This document shows positions 18,921 through 27,317 of a stretch of 32,000 bases of DNA, piece by piece. Source of the DNA: Trichlorobacter lovleyi SZ (GTDB taxonomy: Bacteria; Desulfobacterota; Desulfuromonadia; Geobacterales; Pseudopelobacteraceae); the NCBI RefSeq assembly GCF_000020385.1, contig NC_010814.1, positions 2,370,001 through 2,402,000 of the forward strand, read 5' to 3'. The notes under the pieces are model-generated. The model saw nothing but the letters and a program-made list of their open reading frames with translations, was not told where the DNA came from and did no database searches. The first letter of the stretch is position 1. The number at the start of each line of letters is the position of its first letter. Position numbers and translations under genes: made by a program.

Positions 18921-20294
18921 ATGCCAACCATTATTGATACCCACTGCCATATTTACTACGATGATTTCAAGCTCGACTGGGATCAGATGCTTGAACGGGC
19001 CGAAACAGCCGGTGTCAAAGGAATGATTGTGGTTGGCGCTGATGCAGTATCCAGCCAACAGGCAGTTGAGATAGCTGCCAGTCACCCCACCATCTTCTGC
19101 ACCGTGGGTATCCATCCCCATGATGCCCAAGGGGTTGATGAAGCCACTATCACAGCACTGGAGGAGTTGGCACGGACCACTCCAAAGTGTGTGGCCATTG
19201 GCGAGATCGGCCTGGACTTTTTCAAAAACCGTTCTCCCCGTGAAGATCAGGAACGGGTCTTCAAGCGCTTTCTGCAGATGGCAAAAAAACTGGATAAGCC
19301 GGTGGTGATCCATGACCGGGATGCCCATGCAGAAACCCTGGCCATGATCAAGGAGGCCGGTGTTACCAAGGGTGTGATGCACTGCTTTTCCGGTGATCTG
19401 GCCTTTGCCCGGCAATGCCTTGAGCAGGGCCTGTACCTCTCCATACCCGGCACCGTCACCTACCCTTCCAATCAGCAGTTGCGGGAGGTGGTCCGTAACG
19501 TACCGCTGGAGCGCCTGTTGCTAGAGACTGATTGCCCTTATCTCTCGCCGGTGCCTCACCGTGGCAAGCGTAATGAACCGGCCTACACCCGTATTACTGC
19601 AGAAAAGGTGGCGGAACTGCGCGGGCTGACCGTTGAGGATGTGGGACGGATCACCACCATGAACGCCGGTCGCCTGTTTGGTATCCCGCTCTGGGATGAA
19701 TCAACCAAGATCGCCTACCGGATCCGCAACTCGCTCTATCTGAACATCACCAACCGCTGTTCAAACCACTGTACCTTTTGTGCCAAATTTGACGAGTTTA
19801 CCGTTAAAGGGCATAATCTGCTGCTGGACCATGAACCGGGCTTTGAAGAGGTGATGGCAGCCATTGGTCAGCCAAAAGATATTGATGAGGTGGTATTCTG
19901 CGGCTTTGGGGAATCACTGCTGCGGCTGGATTTGGTTAAGCAGGTGGCGCAGGCACTGAAACAGCGGGGCTACCCGATCAGGATCAACAGTGATGGTCAG
20001 GCCAACCTGGCCCACGGACGCAACATCCTGCCTGAACTGGCCGGACTGGTTGACAGCATCTCCATCAGTCTTAATGCAGCTGATGCAGTAACCTACGGCA
20101 AGCTCTGCAACACACCCTTTGGTGAAGCAGGCTGGCAAGGGGTCTGCGACTTCCTGCGGGAAGCGCCCCGCTATATCCCGGATGTAACCGCTACTGCGGT
20201 CACGGTCCCCGGCATTGATATTGAGGCCTGCCGCAGAGTAGCTGAGGAGCTGGGGGTGAAGTTCAGGGTGCGGGAGTACGCTGAAGTAGGGTAG
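18921..20294 (+). CDS. Fusion protein: TatD-family metal-dependent hydrolase (N) + TatD-associated radical SAM domain (C)
   Basis: N-terminus: IIDTHCHIYYDD...GIHPHDA...IGEIGLDF...HDRDAH...HCFSG...ETDCPYL (TatD). C-terminus: LNITNRCSNHCTFCAKF (CxxxCxxC at 19758-19781), with a short rSAM core of the kind normally encoded next to tatD. Confidence 0.8.
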   Translation: MPTIIDTHCHIYYDDFKLDWDQMLERAETAGVKGMIVVGADAVSSQQAVEIAASHPTIFCTVGIHPHDAQGVDEATITALEELARTTPKCVAIGEIGLDFFKNRSPREDQERVFKRFLQMAKKLDKPVVIHDRDAHAETLAMIKEAGVTKGVMHCFSGDLAFARQCLEQGLYLSIPGTVTYPSNQQLREVVRNVPLERLLLETDCPYLSPVPHRGKRNEPAYTRITAEKVAELRGLTVEDVGRITTMNAGRLFGIPLWDESTKIAYRIRNSLYLNITNRCSNHCTFCAKFDEFTVKGHNLLLDHEPGFEEVMAAIGQPKDIDEVVFCGFGESLLRLDLVKQVAQALKQRGYPIRINSDGQANLAHGRNILPELAGLVDSISISLNAADAVTYGKLCNTPFGEAGWQGVCDFLREAPRYIPDVTATAVTVPGIDIEACRRVAEELGVKFRVREYAEVG

Positions 20295-20296
20295 CG

Positions 20297-20749
20297 TTAC
20301 TCCCTGTCTGCCTGATGTTCCTCATAGATCCGCTTCAGATAGGTGTGTGAAACGGTTTTCTTAAACTCTTTCTTGAAGTGATCCGACAACTGCCGCCAGG
20401 ACAGTTTTTCCTCTTCCCGCAACCTGACCAGTTCATCCAGATAGTTTTTCTCCAAGGCTGCCCGCAGCCGCTTTTTGTACGGTTTATGTTCCCGGACCGG
20501 CTGCGTCACCTGCGGTGCCTGCTCTATCCAGATCTGTTTCAAAACCGCCAGGAAGGCAGCATAGCCGGCCTCTCCCCCCCGGCTGGGGGCAACCCTGCCC
20601 AGGGCAAGCCACTCCTTGAACAGCTCCCGTTGCCGGCGATGTACCTCCACCCTCAGCTCTTCATCAAGCCGGGCATACAGTTCACCCAGCGCGACACGTT
20701 GTTCAGCGGTCAGACCGGTCAGTATTTCTATGGAGCGATGATCGGTCAT
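20297..20749 (-). CDS. Hypothetical 150 aa protein, helical and charged, with a possible C-terminal HTH
   Basis: The ORF lies 5 nt downstream of the DUF350 gene on the same strand. No motif recognised apart from an HTH-like tail (LSWRQLSDHFKKEFKKTVSHTYLKRIY). Confidence 0.55.
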   Translation of the reverse strand: MTDHRSIEILTGLTAEQRVALGELYARLDEELRVEVHRRQRELFKEWLALGRVAPSRGGEAGYAAFLAVLKQIWIEQAPQVTQPVREHKPYKKRLRAALEKNYLDELVRLREEEKLSWRQLSDHFKKEFKKTVSHTYLKRIYEEHQADRE

Positions 20750-20754
20750 GGGGG

Positions 20755-21168
20755 CTAGTAGGTCATGCTGGCTGCATTCAACAGGCCGATGGCCACCGAG
20801 AAGAAGGCCAGCAGTGTGGCAGAAGCAACCTGATTATCTTCAATCTGCTTAACCAGATCCTTGAAAATGCCCCGAACAGCAGAGAATACAAGGATCTGCA
20901 CCACCATGGCCACCAGGGCCCAGGTCAGCATGTCCAGAAAACCGACACTGTGGGTGATGGCACTGTGCAGCGGCAGTACAAAGCCGATAAAGGCACCACC
21001 AAAACTGATGGCAGGGGCGGTTTTGCCTTCCCGTACCAGTTTCAGCTCATCATAGGGGGTAACTTTGCAGTAGATAGCGCAGAACACCAGCAGAAAGCCC
21101 AGCGCTGCCACAAAATACTTGGCAAAATCAATCAATCCTTGAAAAGAGTCCAGTTGCAGTCCGTTCAT
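20755..21168 (-). CDS. DUF350 (YjfL-like) integral membrane protein
   Basis: 137 aa with four hydrophobic helices and the DUF350-type segment VTPYDELKLVREGKTAPAISFGGAFIGFVLPL. Confidence 0.75.
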   Translation of the reverse strand: MNGLQLDSFQGLIDFAKYFVAALGFLLVFCAIYCKVTPYDELKLVREGKTAPAISFGGAFIGFVLPLHSAITHSVGFLDMLTWALVAMVVQILVFSAVRGIFKDLVKQIEDNQVASATLLAFFSVAIGLLNAASMTY

Positions 21169-21201
21169 GAGTAGCCTCCGTTAAGTCTGATACTGAATAA
21201 A

Positions 21202-22323
21202 TCAGGTAAAGTAATGGGGTAAAAACCGGCTGGCATTGGTGGTGACCAGTTGTCGATCCTCACGGATGCCGATACCTGCTGATTCGCCTGCCACAATCCA
21301 GGAACCGATCACTGGATAGTTACCGTCAAAGCAGGGAATGGCTGCCAGCTGCTGATAGACCAGTGCCTTACCGCCGTAGCTGCCTTCAACCTCATGCACC
21401 TGACCGTTGCGATGCACGGTCACGTTTTCACCTTCACGGGAAAGCAGCGGCTTGGTGACATAGTTGTCTCTGAACGGGCCTGCTTCAAAACCGGCCCGCA
21501 GCAGATTGTCGTGCCCTTCGAACAGCTCCCACATAATTGCCAGCAACCCCTTGTTGGAGAGCAGCATCTTCCAGGCCGGCTCAATCAACCGCATCCGGGC
21601 AGTTGCCAGTTTACGGCCAAAATACTCATTCACCAGCCACTCCCAGGGATACAGCTTGAACATGAGGTCAATCGGGCGGTCATCCAGATCAACATAGCGG
21701 CCTTCCACTTCTTCAAAACCGATATCGTTCATAAACAGCTGGGACGTAGTCAATCCGGCCTGGATGGCGGTATCCCGTAGATATTCAAGGTTGCCGAAAT
21801 CCTCCGGGGCATCAGCCACACAGGAAAAATGGACCGTTGACGTAATCCCCATCCCTTTCCATGCCTCAATCAGCCGTTCGTGGATCGAGTTAAACTGGTC
21901 GGCATCAGGGTAGAGATCCTTCAGCCAGAACCATTGGATCACGCTGGCTTCCAGCAGGGAGGTGGGAGTATCGGCATTGTATTCCAGCAGCTTGGGCGGC
22001 GTATGGCCATCGTAGGCCAGATCAAAACGGCCATACAGGGAAGGCTCATCCTTTTCCCAGGCATCAACGATCAGCGGAACTGCATGGGGCGGGATCTGCA
22101 GTTTGTCGAACAGGTCTTTGTCGATGACATGCTGGGCTGCCTCAATACAACGCTCCTGCAGCTCATTGGTGGCATCTTCCAGCAGATCAATCTCGGCGCT
22201 GTCAAACTGGTAACAGGCCGTCTCGTCCCAATACGGTTCATCATCAATGGTGTGGTACACCATCCCCTGGGACTCAACGGTCTGTTGCCAGTTTATACGG
22301 GGTGGACGACTGATCCGTTGCAT
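21202..22323 (-). CDS. Glutathionylspermidine synthase-like ATP-grasp protein (YjfC/YgiC family)
   Basis: 373 aa. YGRFDLAYDG...KLLEYNADTPTSLLE and the C-terminal GSWIVAGESAGIGIRED are typical of the GspS pre-ATP-grasp family. Confidence 0.8.
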   Translation of the reverse strand: MQRISRPPRINWQQTVESQGMVYHTIDDEPYWDETACYQFDSAEIDLLEDATNELQERCIEAAQHVIDKDLFDKLQIPPHAVPLIVDAWEKDEPSLYGRFDLAYDGHTPPKLLEYNADTPTSLLEASVIQWFWLKDLYPDADQFNSIHERLIEAWKGMGITSTVHFSCVADAPEDFGNLEYLRDTAIQAGLTTSQLFMNDIGFEEVEGRYVDLDDRPIDLMFKLYPWEWLVNEYFGRKLATARMRLIEPAWKMLLSNKGLLAIMWELFEGHDNLLRAGFEAGPFRDNYVTKPLLSREGENVTVHRNGQVHEVEGSYGGKALVYQQLAAIPCFDGNYPVIGSWIVAGESAGIGIREDRQLVTTNASRFLPHYFT

Positions 22324-22327
22324 CAGG

Positions 22328-22645
22328 CTAGCCCCCGAAAGAGGAATGGAAGGAAGAAAGGCTGCCGAAACCGCCCCGGGAGACCGACACCGTCCGGATG
22401 GAACGGCTGCCCTGGCCCGGGTAGGTGCGCCCCATGATAAAACGGGGGCCGTAGAAATAGCCGTGACTGTAGTTACGATCCCCCTGCTTCATCTCTTCAC
22501 AGTTTTTGGGATCATTGCCCCAGTCATCCAGGCAGTCCTGTTTGTTTTTATAGACATGCCGATCCTCCTTTTTACCGCAACCACCAAGGGCCAGCATGCC
22601 GCCAATCAGGACCAGCGATATCTGCAGGGTGCTTCGTCTGCGCAT
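22328..22645 (-). CDS. DUF1190 (YjfM-like) lipoprotein
   Basis: Lipobox LALGGC after MRRRSTLQISLVLIGGM. The C-terminal VSRGGFGSLSS...SSFGG tail resembles YjfM. ATG at 22645 has GGAG 7 nt upstream. The track ORF starts at TTG 22657. Confidence 0.7.
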   Translation of the reverse strand: MRRRSTLQISLVLIGGMLALGGCGKKEDRHVYKNKQDCLDDWGNDPKNCEEMKQGDRNYSHGYFYGPRFIMGRTYPGQGSRSIRTVSVSRGGFGSLSSFHSSFGG

Positions 22646-22749
22646 AGGTCGCTCCAACAGATGTACTTGTCAACCGGTTTGCATTCAGCTGACTATCGGG
22701 TATAGATATACCAGTAAACAGTATTCTCGCAAGCACTGGGAGTATTTTT

Positions 22750-23763
22750 ATGGAAAAAGCACTCTGTTTTGAAAAACTGGAACGCAATAGTGTTCAGTGT
22801 CACCTCTGCCGGCACCGTTGCATGATTACCGATGGCGGTCGCGGCATCTGCCGGGTTCGTGAAAACCGGGGCGGACAGCTGTACTCACTGGTTTCGGGAC
22901 TGATTGTGGCAGAGCATAGCGACCCGGTTGAGAAAAAACCGCTTTTCCATTTCCTGCCCGGTTCACACTGCTATTCTGTTGCTTCTGTGGGTTGCAATTT
23001 CCGCTGCCTGCATTGTCAGAATGCCGATATAGCCCAGTATGATGACCAGGGAACCGGACAGATGCCGGGCCGCCCGCTTCCGCCGGCTGAACTGGTTCGT
23101 CGTGCAGTGGCCAGCGGATGCCGTTCGATTGCCTACACTTATACTGAACCGACGGTCTGGTTCGAATACGCCCTGGCAACCGCGCGGCTGGCAGCGGAGG
23201 CAGGCCTCTACAACCTCTTTGTCACCAATGGCTACATCAGCACAGAGGCCCTGGGAATGATCGCGCCGGTGCTGCATGCCGCCAATATCGACCTGAAGGG
23301 GTTCAGCAGCGGCTTTTACCGCCGTGTCTGCGGTGCACGGCTGAGCGAGGTACTGGACTGCATCAGGGACTACCGCAGACGCGGTATCTGGATTGAGATC
23401 ACCACGTTGGTGATACCGGGAGAAAATGATGACACGGAACAACTGAACGGCATTGCACGTTTTATTGCCGATGAGCTTGGGCCGGACACTCCCTGGCATG
23501 TTTCACGCTTTTTCCCGTGTTATCAGATGCTGGATCATCCCCCTACCCCGCTCGGTTCACTGGAACGGGCAGTTGAAGCCGGTGAACGGGCCGGTCTGAA
23601 GTATATCTACGAAGGGAACGTAGACAATGGCCGAGACCAAACGGTCTGTCCCGGCTGTGGTTCGGTGGTGATTGGACGCAGAGGTTACACCGTTACACAG
23701 ATTAACCTGAAAGACGGTGCCTGCGCCGGCTGCGGCAAACCGATGGCCGGGATCTGGGGGTAG
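22750..23763 (+). CDS. AmmeMemoRadiSam-system radical SAM enzyme
   Basis: N-terminal Cys cluster (VQCHLCRHRCMITDGGRGICRVR), rSAM motif GCNFRCLHCQN and a C-terminal CPGCG...CAGCG zinc-ribbon-like pair. Confidence 0.8.
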   Translation: MEKALCFEKLERNSVQCHLCRHRCMITDGGRGICRVRENRGGQLYSLVSGLIVAEHSDPVEKKPLFHFLPGSHCYSVASVGCNFRCLHCQNADIAQYDDQGTGQMPGRPLPPAELVRRAVASGCRSIAYTYTEPTVWFEYALATARLAAEAGLYNLFVTNGYISTEALGMIAPVLHAANIDLKGFSSGFYRRVCGARLSEVLDCIRDYRRRGIWIEITTLVIPGENDDTEQLNGIARFIADELGPDTPWHVSRFFPCYQMLDHPPTPLGSLERAVEAGERAGLKYIYEGNVDNGRDQTVCPGCGSVVIGRRGYTVTQINLKDGACAGCGKPMAGIWG

Positions 23764-23802
23764 AAAAACAAGAGTGAAGAGTGAAAGGATTGAGGAGTCA
23801 TC

Positions 23803-24264
23803 ATGTTTGAAAACATATATGATCTTCCGGTTAAGCAGGATGAAGAGCTGCCGTTTCAATTGCCGGAATGGATCGCCACTGCGCCATTTGAGGAATTTCT
23901 GGGTATGACCGTCCACGAGGCGAAAAACGGCAAGGCGGTGTTGAGCATGCCGTTCAAGGCAGCGCTCTGCCAGGGCAAGGGGCTGATGCATGGCGGGGCG
24001 GTGGCCGCGCTGGCAGACACCGCCCTGGCCATGGCAATCAAGAGCCTGTTGCCGGAGGGGACGGATTTTGTGACCATCAAGCTGGGACTGGAGTTTCATG
24101 CCCCGGTGCGTTGGGGGCTTGTGCGGGCCGAGGCCAGGGTGACGGATCAGGAAGACCGGAATATTGAGGGGGTGACGGAGATCATGACCGAGGAAGGGAT
24201 CAAGGCAGCCACCTTCAAGGCCACCTTCAGGATCAGGGGGCAGCGTTCCTCAGCAAATTCCTAA
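23803..24264 (+). CDS. PaaI-family hotdog thioesterase
   Basis: 153 aa. LMHGGAVAALADTALAMAI signature; GAGGAG RBS. Confidence 0.75.
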   Translation: MFENIYDLPVKQDEELPFQLPEWIATAPFEEFLGMTVHEAKNGKAVLSMPFKAALCQGKGLMHGGAVAALADTALAMAIKSLLPEGTDFVTIKLGLEFHAPVRWGLVRAEARVTDQEDRNIEGVTEIMTEEGIKAATFKATFRIRGQRSSANS

Positions 24265-25632
24265 CCGTCTCATCTTTTCAACCAGGGTTGTACGGTTCAG
24301 CCCCAGCAGGGCAGCGGCCCTGGCCTTTACCCCATTGGACATCTGCAGCGCCTTGGCAATCATCTTGCGTTCAAGCTCTTCAATGGCTGCCGGCATATCA
24401 ATCCCTTCCGGCGACAGATCAAGACAGACCCCTTTGGGGCGTTCAGAGGCCTCGGTAATCTCAACCGGCAGATCATCAGGCCCGATACTATCCTGCTCGG
24501 TCAATGCCACCAGCCGTTCCACCACGTTCTCAAGCTCACGCACGTTACCGGGCCAACGGTAGCGTTCCAGTGCATCAAGGGCCGGCTTGTTGAGGCTCAT
24601 CAAAGGCCGCCCCATCAGGTGGCAGAATTTGTCCAGAAAATGGCTGACCAGCGGCAGCAGATCTTCACGCCGTTCACGCAGAGGCGGCAACTGCAGCGGA
24701 ATGACATTCAGGCGGTAAAAAAGATCCTCCCGGAAACTGCCCTGGCGGACCTGTTCTTCTAGATCGGCGTTGGTGGCGGAGATCACCCGCACATCCAGCT
24801 TGATCGGTTTGGTAGAGCCGACCCGCTCCACTTCCTGTTCCTGCAGCACCCGTAACAGCTTCGACTGCAGATGCATCGGCATGGTACCGATCTCATCCAG
24901 AAAGATGGTGCCATGGTTGGCCGCCTCAAACTTACCGATCTTGTCCCGTACCGCTCCGGTAAAAGCCCCCTTGGCATGGCCGAACAGCTCGCTTTCCAGC
25001 AGGCTTTCCGGGATGGCACCGCAGTTGACCGCGACAAAGGCATGTCCCTTGCGACGGCCATTATGATGTAACGCCTTGGCAACCAGTTCTTTACCGGTGC
25101 CGGACTCACCGAATATCAGCACCGTTGAATCAGTCTTGACGATCCGCTGCATCCGCTCGAACAGACGCTGCATGGCAGCCGAGCCGCCAATGATACTGCT
25201 GAATTGAAAACGCTCCTGCAACTGTTTACGCAGGTAGACGTTTTCCGACAGCAGGCGCTGTTTTTCACAGGCCTTGGCAATCACGATCTTCAGCTCTTCA
25301 AAATTGACCGGCTTGGTTATGTAATCAAAGGCCCCTTCCTTCATGGCCTGCACTGCCGTCTCTGCGGAGGCATGACCGGTAATCACCACCACCTCCAGCT
25401 CCGGAGCGACCTGCCGGATTTCCCTCAAAATCTCAATGCCGTTTTTATCAGGCAGAAACAGATCGACCAGCACCAGATCGGCCCGGCCCTCATGTACCAG
25501 CGCAACCCCCTGCGCACCGTTCTCGGCGGAAAGCGGCGCAAATCCGGCCTTCTTCAGCAGCAGTTCCATCACCTGCCGTCCAGGCTCATCATCATCAATG
25601 ATAAGAATTCGTGTCAGTTCACTCATACTCAT
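24250..25632 (-). CDS. Sigma-54-dependent response regulator (NtrC family: REC + AAA+ + Fis-type HTH)
   Basis: ILIIDDDE...DLVLVDLFLPD (REC); GESGTGKE, GAFTGA, RWPGNVRELEN (sigma-54 activator); LGLNRTTLVEKMRRLGI (HTH). The start is uncertain between 25632, 25626 and 25674. Confidence 0.88.
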   Translation of the reverse strand: MSMSELTRILIIDDDEPGRQVMELLLKKAGFAPLSAENGAQGVALVHEGRADLVLVDLFLPDKNGIEILREIRQVAPELEVVVITGHASAETAVQAMKEGAFDYITKPVNFEELKIVIAKACEKQRLLSENVYLRKQLQERFQFSSIIGGSAAMQRLFERMQRIVKTDSTVLIFGESGTGKELVAKALHHNGRRKGHAFVAVNCGAIPESLLESELFGHAKGAFTGAVRDKIGKFEAANHGTIFLDEIGTMPMHLQSKLLRVLQEQEVERVGSTKPIKLDVRVISATNADLEEQVRQGSFREDLFYRLNVIPLQLPPLRERREDLLPLVSHFLDKFCHLMGRPLMSLNKPALDALERYRWPGNVRELENVVERLVALTEQDSIGPDDLPVEITEASERPKGVCLDLSPEGIDMPAAIEELERKMIAKALQMSNGVKARAAALLGLNRTTLVEKMRRLGIC

Positions 25633-25754
25633 GGATTCCGCCTGCATCTGGTTAGTGCCCGTACTATGGCACACTCATCCAACCAGCTGCAATGATTTCA
25701 TACTTTACCCGCGGGTAATTTATGCTAAGCTGAAACTGATTACAGGGAGCAGCC

Positions 25755-27317
25755 ATGAGCGACCAGTCTACCCAGACACAGGAAAGCAAGCCGGACGGAC
25801 AACGTTTTTACCACGCCCAGACCGGCTACCAACTGATCCTGAGCCTCTCTCAGGATGAAATGGAGTGCCGCGCTCACCTTGAGGTCAAGGCTGACGGTTC
25901 TACGCCAGGCGTGGAGGAGTTGACGGGCTATCTGGCTGCAAACGGTATCACCACCGGTATTGACGACGAAGCCGTACACCTGCTGCTGAGTGAGGCGCGT
26001 CCCGGTACAAGCACCAACGGATTACTGGCAGCCGGCATCCAGCCGCAGCGCGGGGAAGACGGCACACTTGCCTTCAGCTTTGCCCCCGCTGATCAGCCAC
26101 CCGCCGAGTCCGCGGCAGATGACGACCCTGAAAAACGTCAGATCGACTTCAGGGCGGTGCAGCAGTTCATTAACGTGGATCCTGACCAGGAAATCGGACG
26201 GATACTGCCCCCCACCAACGGCATCCCCGGCAGAACCGTGCGTGGCAAACCGGTCCCGGCCGAAGCAGGCAAGACGCTGGTGCTCAAACTGGGCCAGAAC
26301 GTCCGTTCAGGCGGCGAGCATAACGATATCCTGATTGCCGAAATTCACGGACGGGTCAAGTTGGAAGGCGAGACCGTCCATGTAGTTGAAGAATATGTGG
26401 TGGATGGCGATGTTGACTTCAGCATCGGCAACATCCGTTTTAACGGTTTTGTCGAGGTGCGCGGCGATGTGCTGGACGGTTTCCAGGTCAGCGCCAGTAA
26501 GGGTCTGAAGATCACCGGCAATGTGGGAGCCTGCCGCCTGATATCCCACGGCAACATTGAATTTTGCGGCATGGATGGTCAGGGTAAGGGCAGCATCCTC
26601 TGCGGCGGCACCATTACCGCCCACTTTATCCACGACAGCGCCGTTGAATGCTGGGGCAACATGCTGGTCGATGTTGAACTGCGCAACTGCAGTGTCCATT
26701 GCCGCGGCAGCCTGATCACCGGCCTGCTGGCAGGCGGTGACTGCGTCACCCTGGCGGGTCTTGAGGCCAAGAAGCTGGGAGCCCCCTCCGCGGTCAAGAC
26801 CGTCATCCATAGTGGCGTTGACTACCACGACCTTGACCGGATGCACATCCTGCTCGAACAGCTTGAGGCCCTGCAGCAGCAGATCGCCAAAACCAAAGAC
26901 CTGCAGGAGCAGAGTTCCCTGACAGAAAAGAAGCAGCAGCTTGCCCGGGTCATCCTTGATGTCCGTTCCCACCGTCCAGCCGGATCAAACCCGAAGATCA
27001 ATATCAAAGACCGGGTGCATGAAGGAGTTACCATCTATCTGGGGGATGCGGTTGAAGAGTTTGTGGCCGAACTGTCCGGCCCGATCAGCCTGATCGAGAA
27101 CAGCCGTGAAGGAGGATTGCGCAGGCTCAGCCTCAGCAGCCTCGAAATCCCGGCCGGCGAGCTTGAAAAGGCCTGGCTAGAAAAGGACGAACTGGAGCGT
27201 CAGGAACGCCTCAGGCAGGAGGCGGCTGAACGGGAGGCCGCAGAGACAGAGGCAGCCAAAGCCCCTGATGAAGCGGAACAGGAAGGGCCTGCTGCTGAAC
27301 CACCAGCTCAGGACTAA
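25755..27317 (+). CDS. FapA/DUF342 family protein
   Basis: 520 aa. Central beta-helix-like repeats (GNIRFNGFVEVRGDVLDGFQVSASKGLKITGNVGA...GNIEFCG), a coiled-coil and an acidic C-terminal tail, as in DUF342 proteins. Confidence 0.7.
   Translation: MSDQSTQTQESKPDGQRFYHAQTGYQLILSLSQDEMECRAHLEVKADGSTPGVEELTGYLAANGITTGIDDEAVHLLLSEARPGTSTNGLLAAGIQPQRGEDGTLAFSFAPADQPPAESAADDDPEKRQIDFRAVQQFINVDPDQEIGRILPPTNGIPGRTVRGKPVPAEAGKTLVLKLGQNVRSGGEHNDILIAEIHGRVKLEGETVHVVEEYVVDGDVDFSIGNIRFNGFVEVRGDVLDGFQVSASKGLKITGNVGACRLISHGNIEFCGMDGQGKGSILCGGTITAHFIHDSAVECWGNMLVDVELRNCSVHCRGSLITGLLAGGDCVTLAGLEAKKLGAPSAVKTVIHSGVDYHDLDRMHILLEQLEALQQQIAKTKDLQEQSSLTEKKQQLARVILDVRSHRPAGSNPKINIKDRVHEGVTIYLGDAVEEFVAELSGPISLIENSREGGLRRLSLSSLEIPAGELEKAWLEKDELERQERLRQEAAEREAAETEAAKAPDEAEQEGPAAEPPAQD

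Noticed and set aside
25667-25681. TGGCAC, possibly a sigma-54 -24 element between the NtrC regulator and fapA
   Set aside because: The sequence five nucleotides downstream is TCCA, not TTGC, so the essential -12 GC is missing. A similar TGGCAG near 511-525 also lacks the -12 element.
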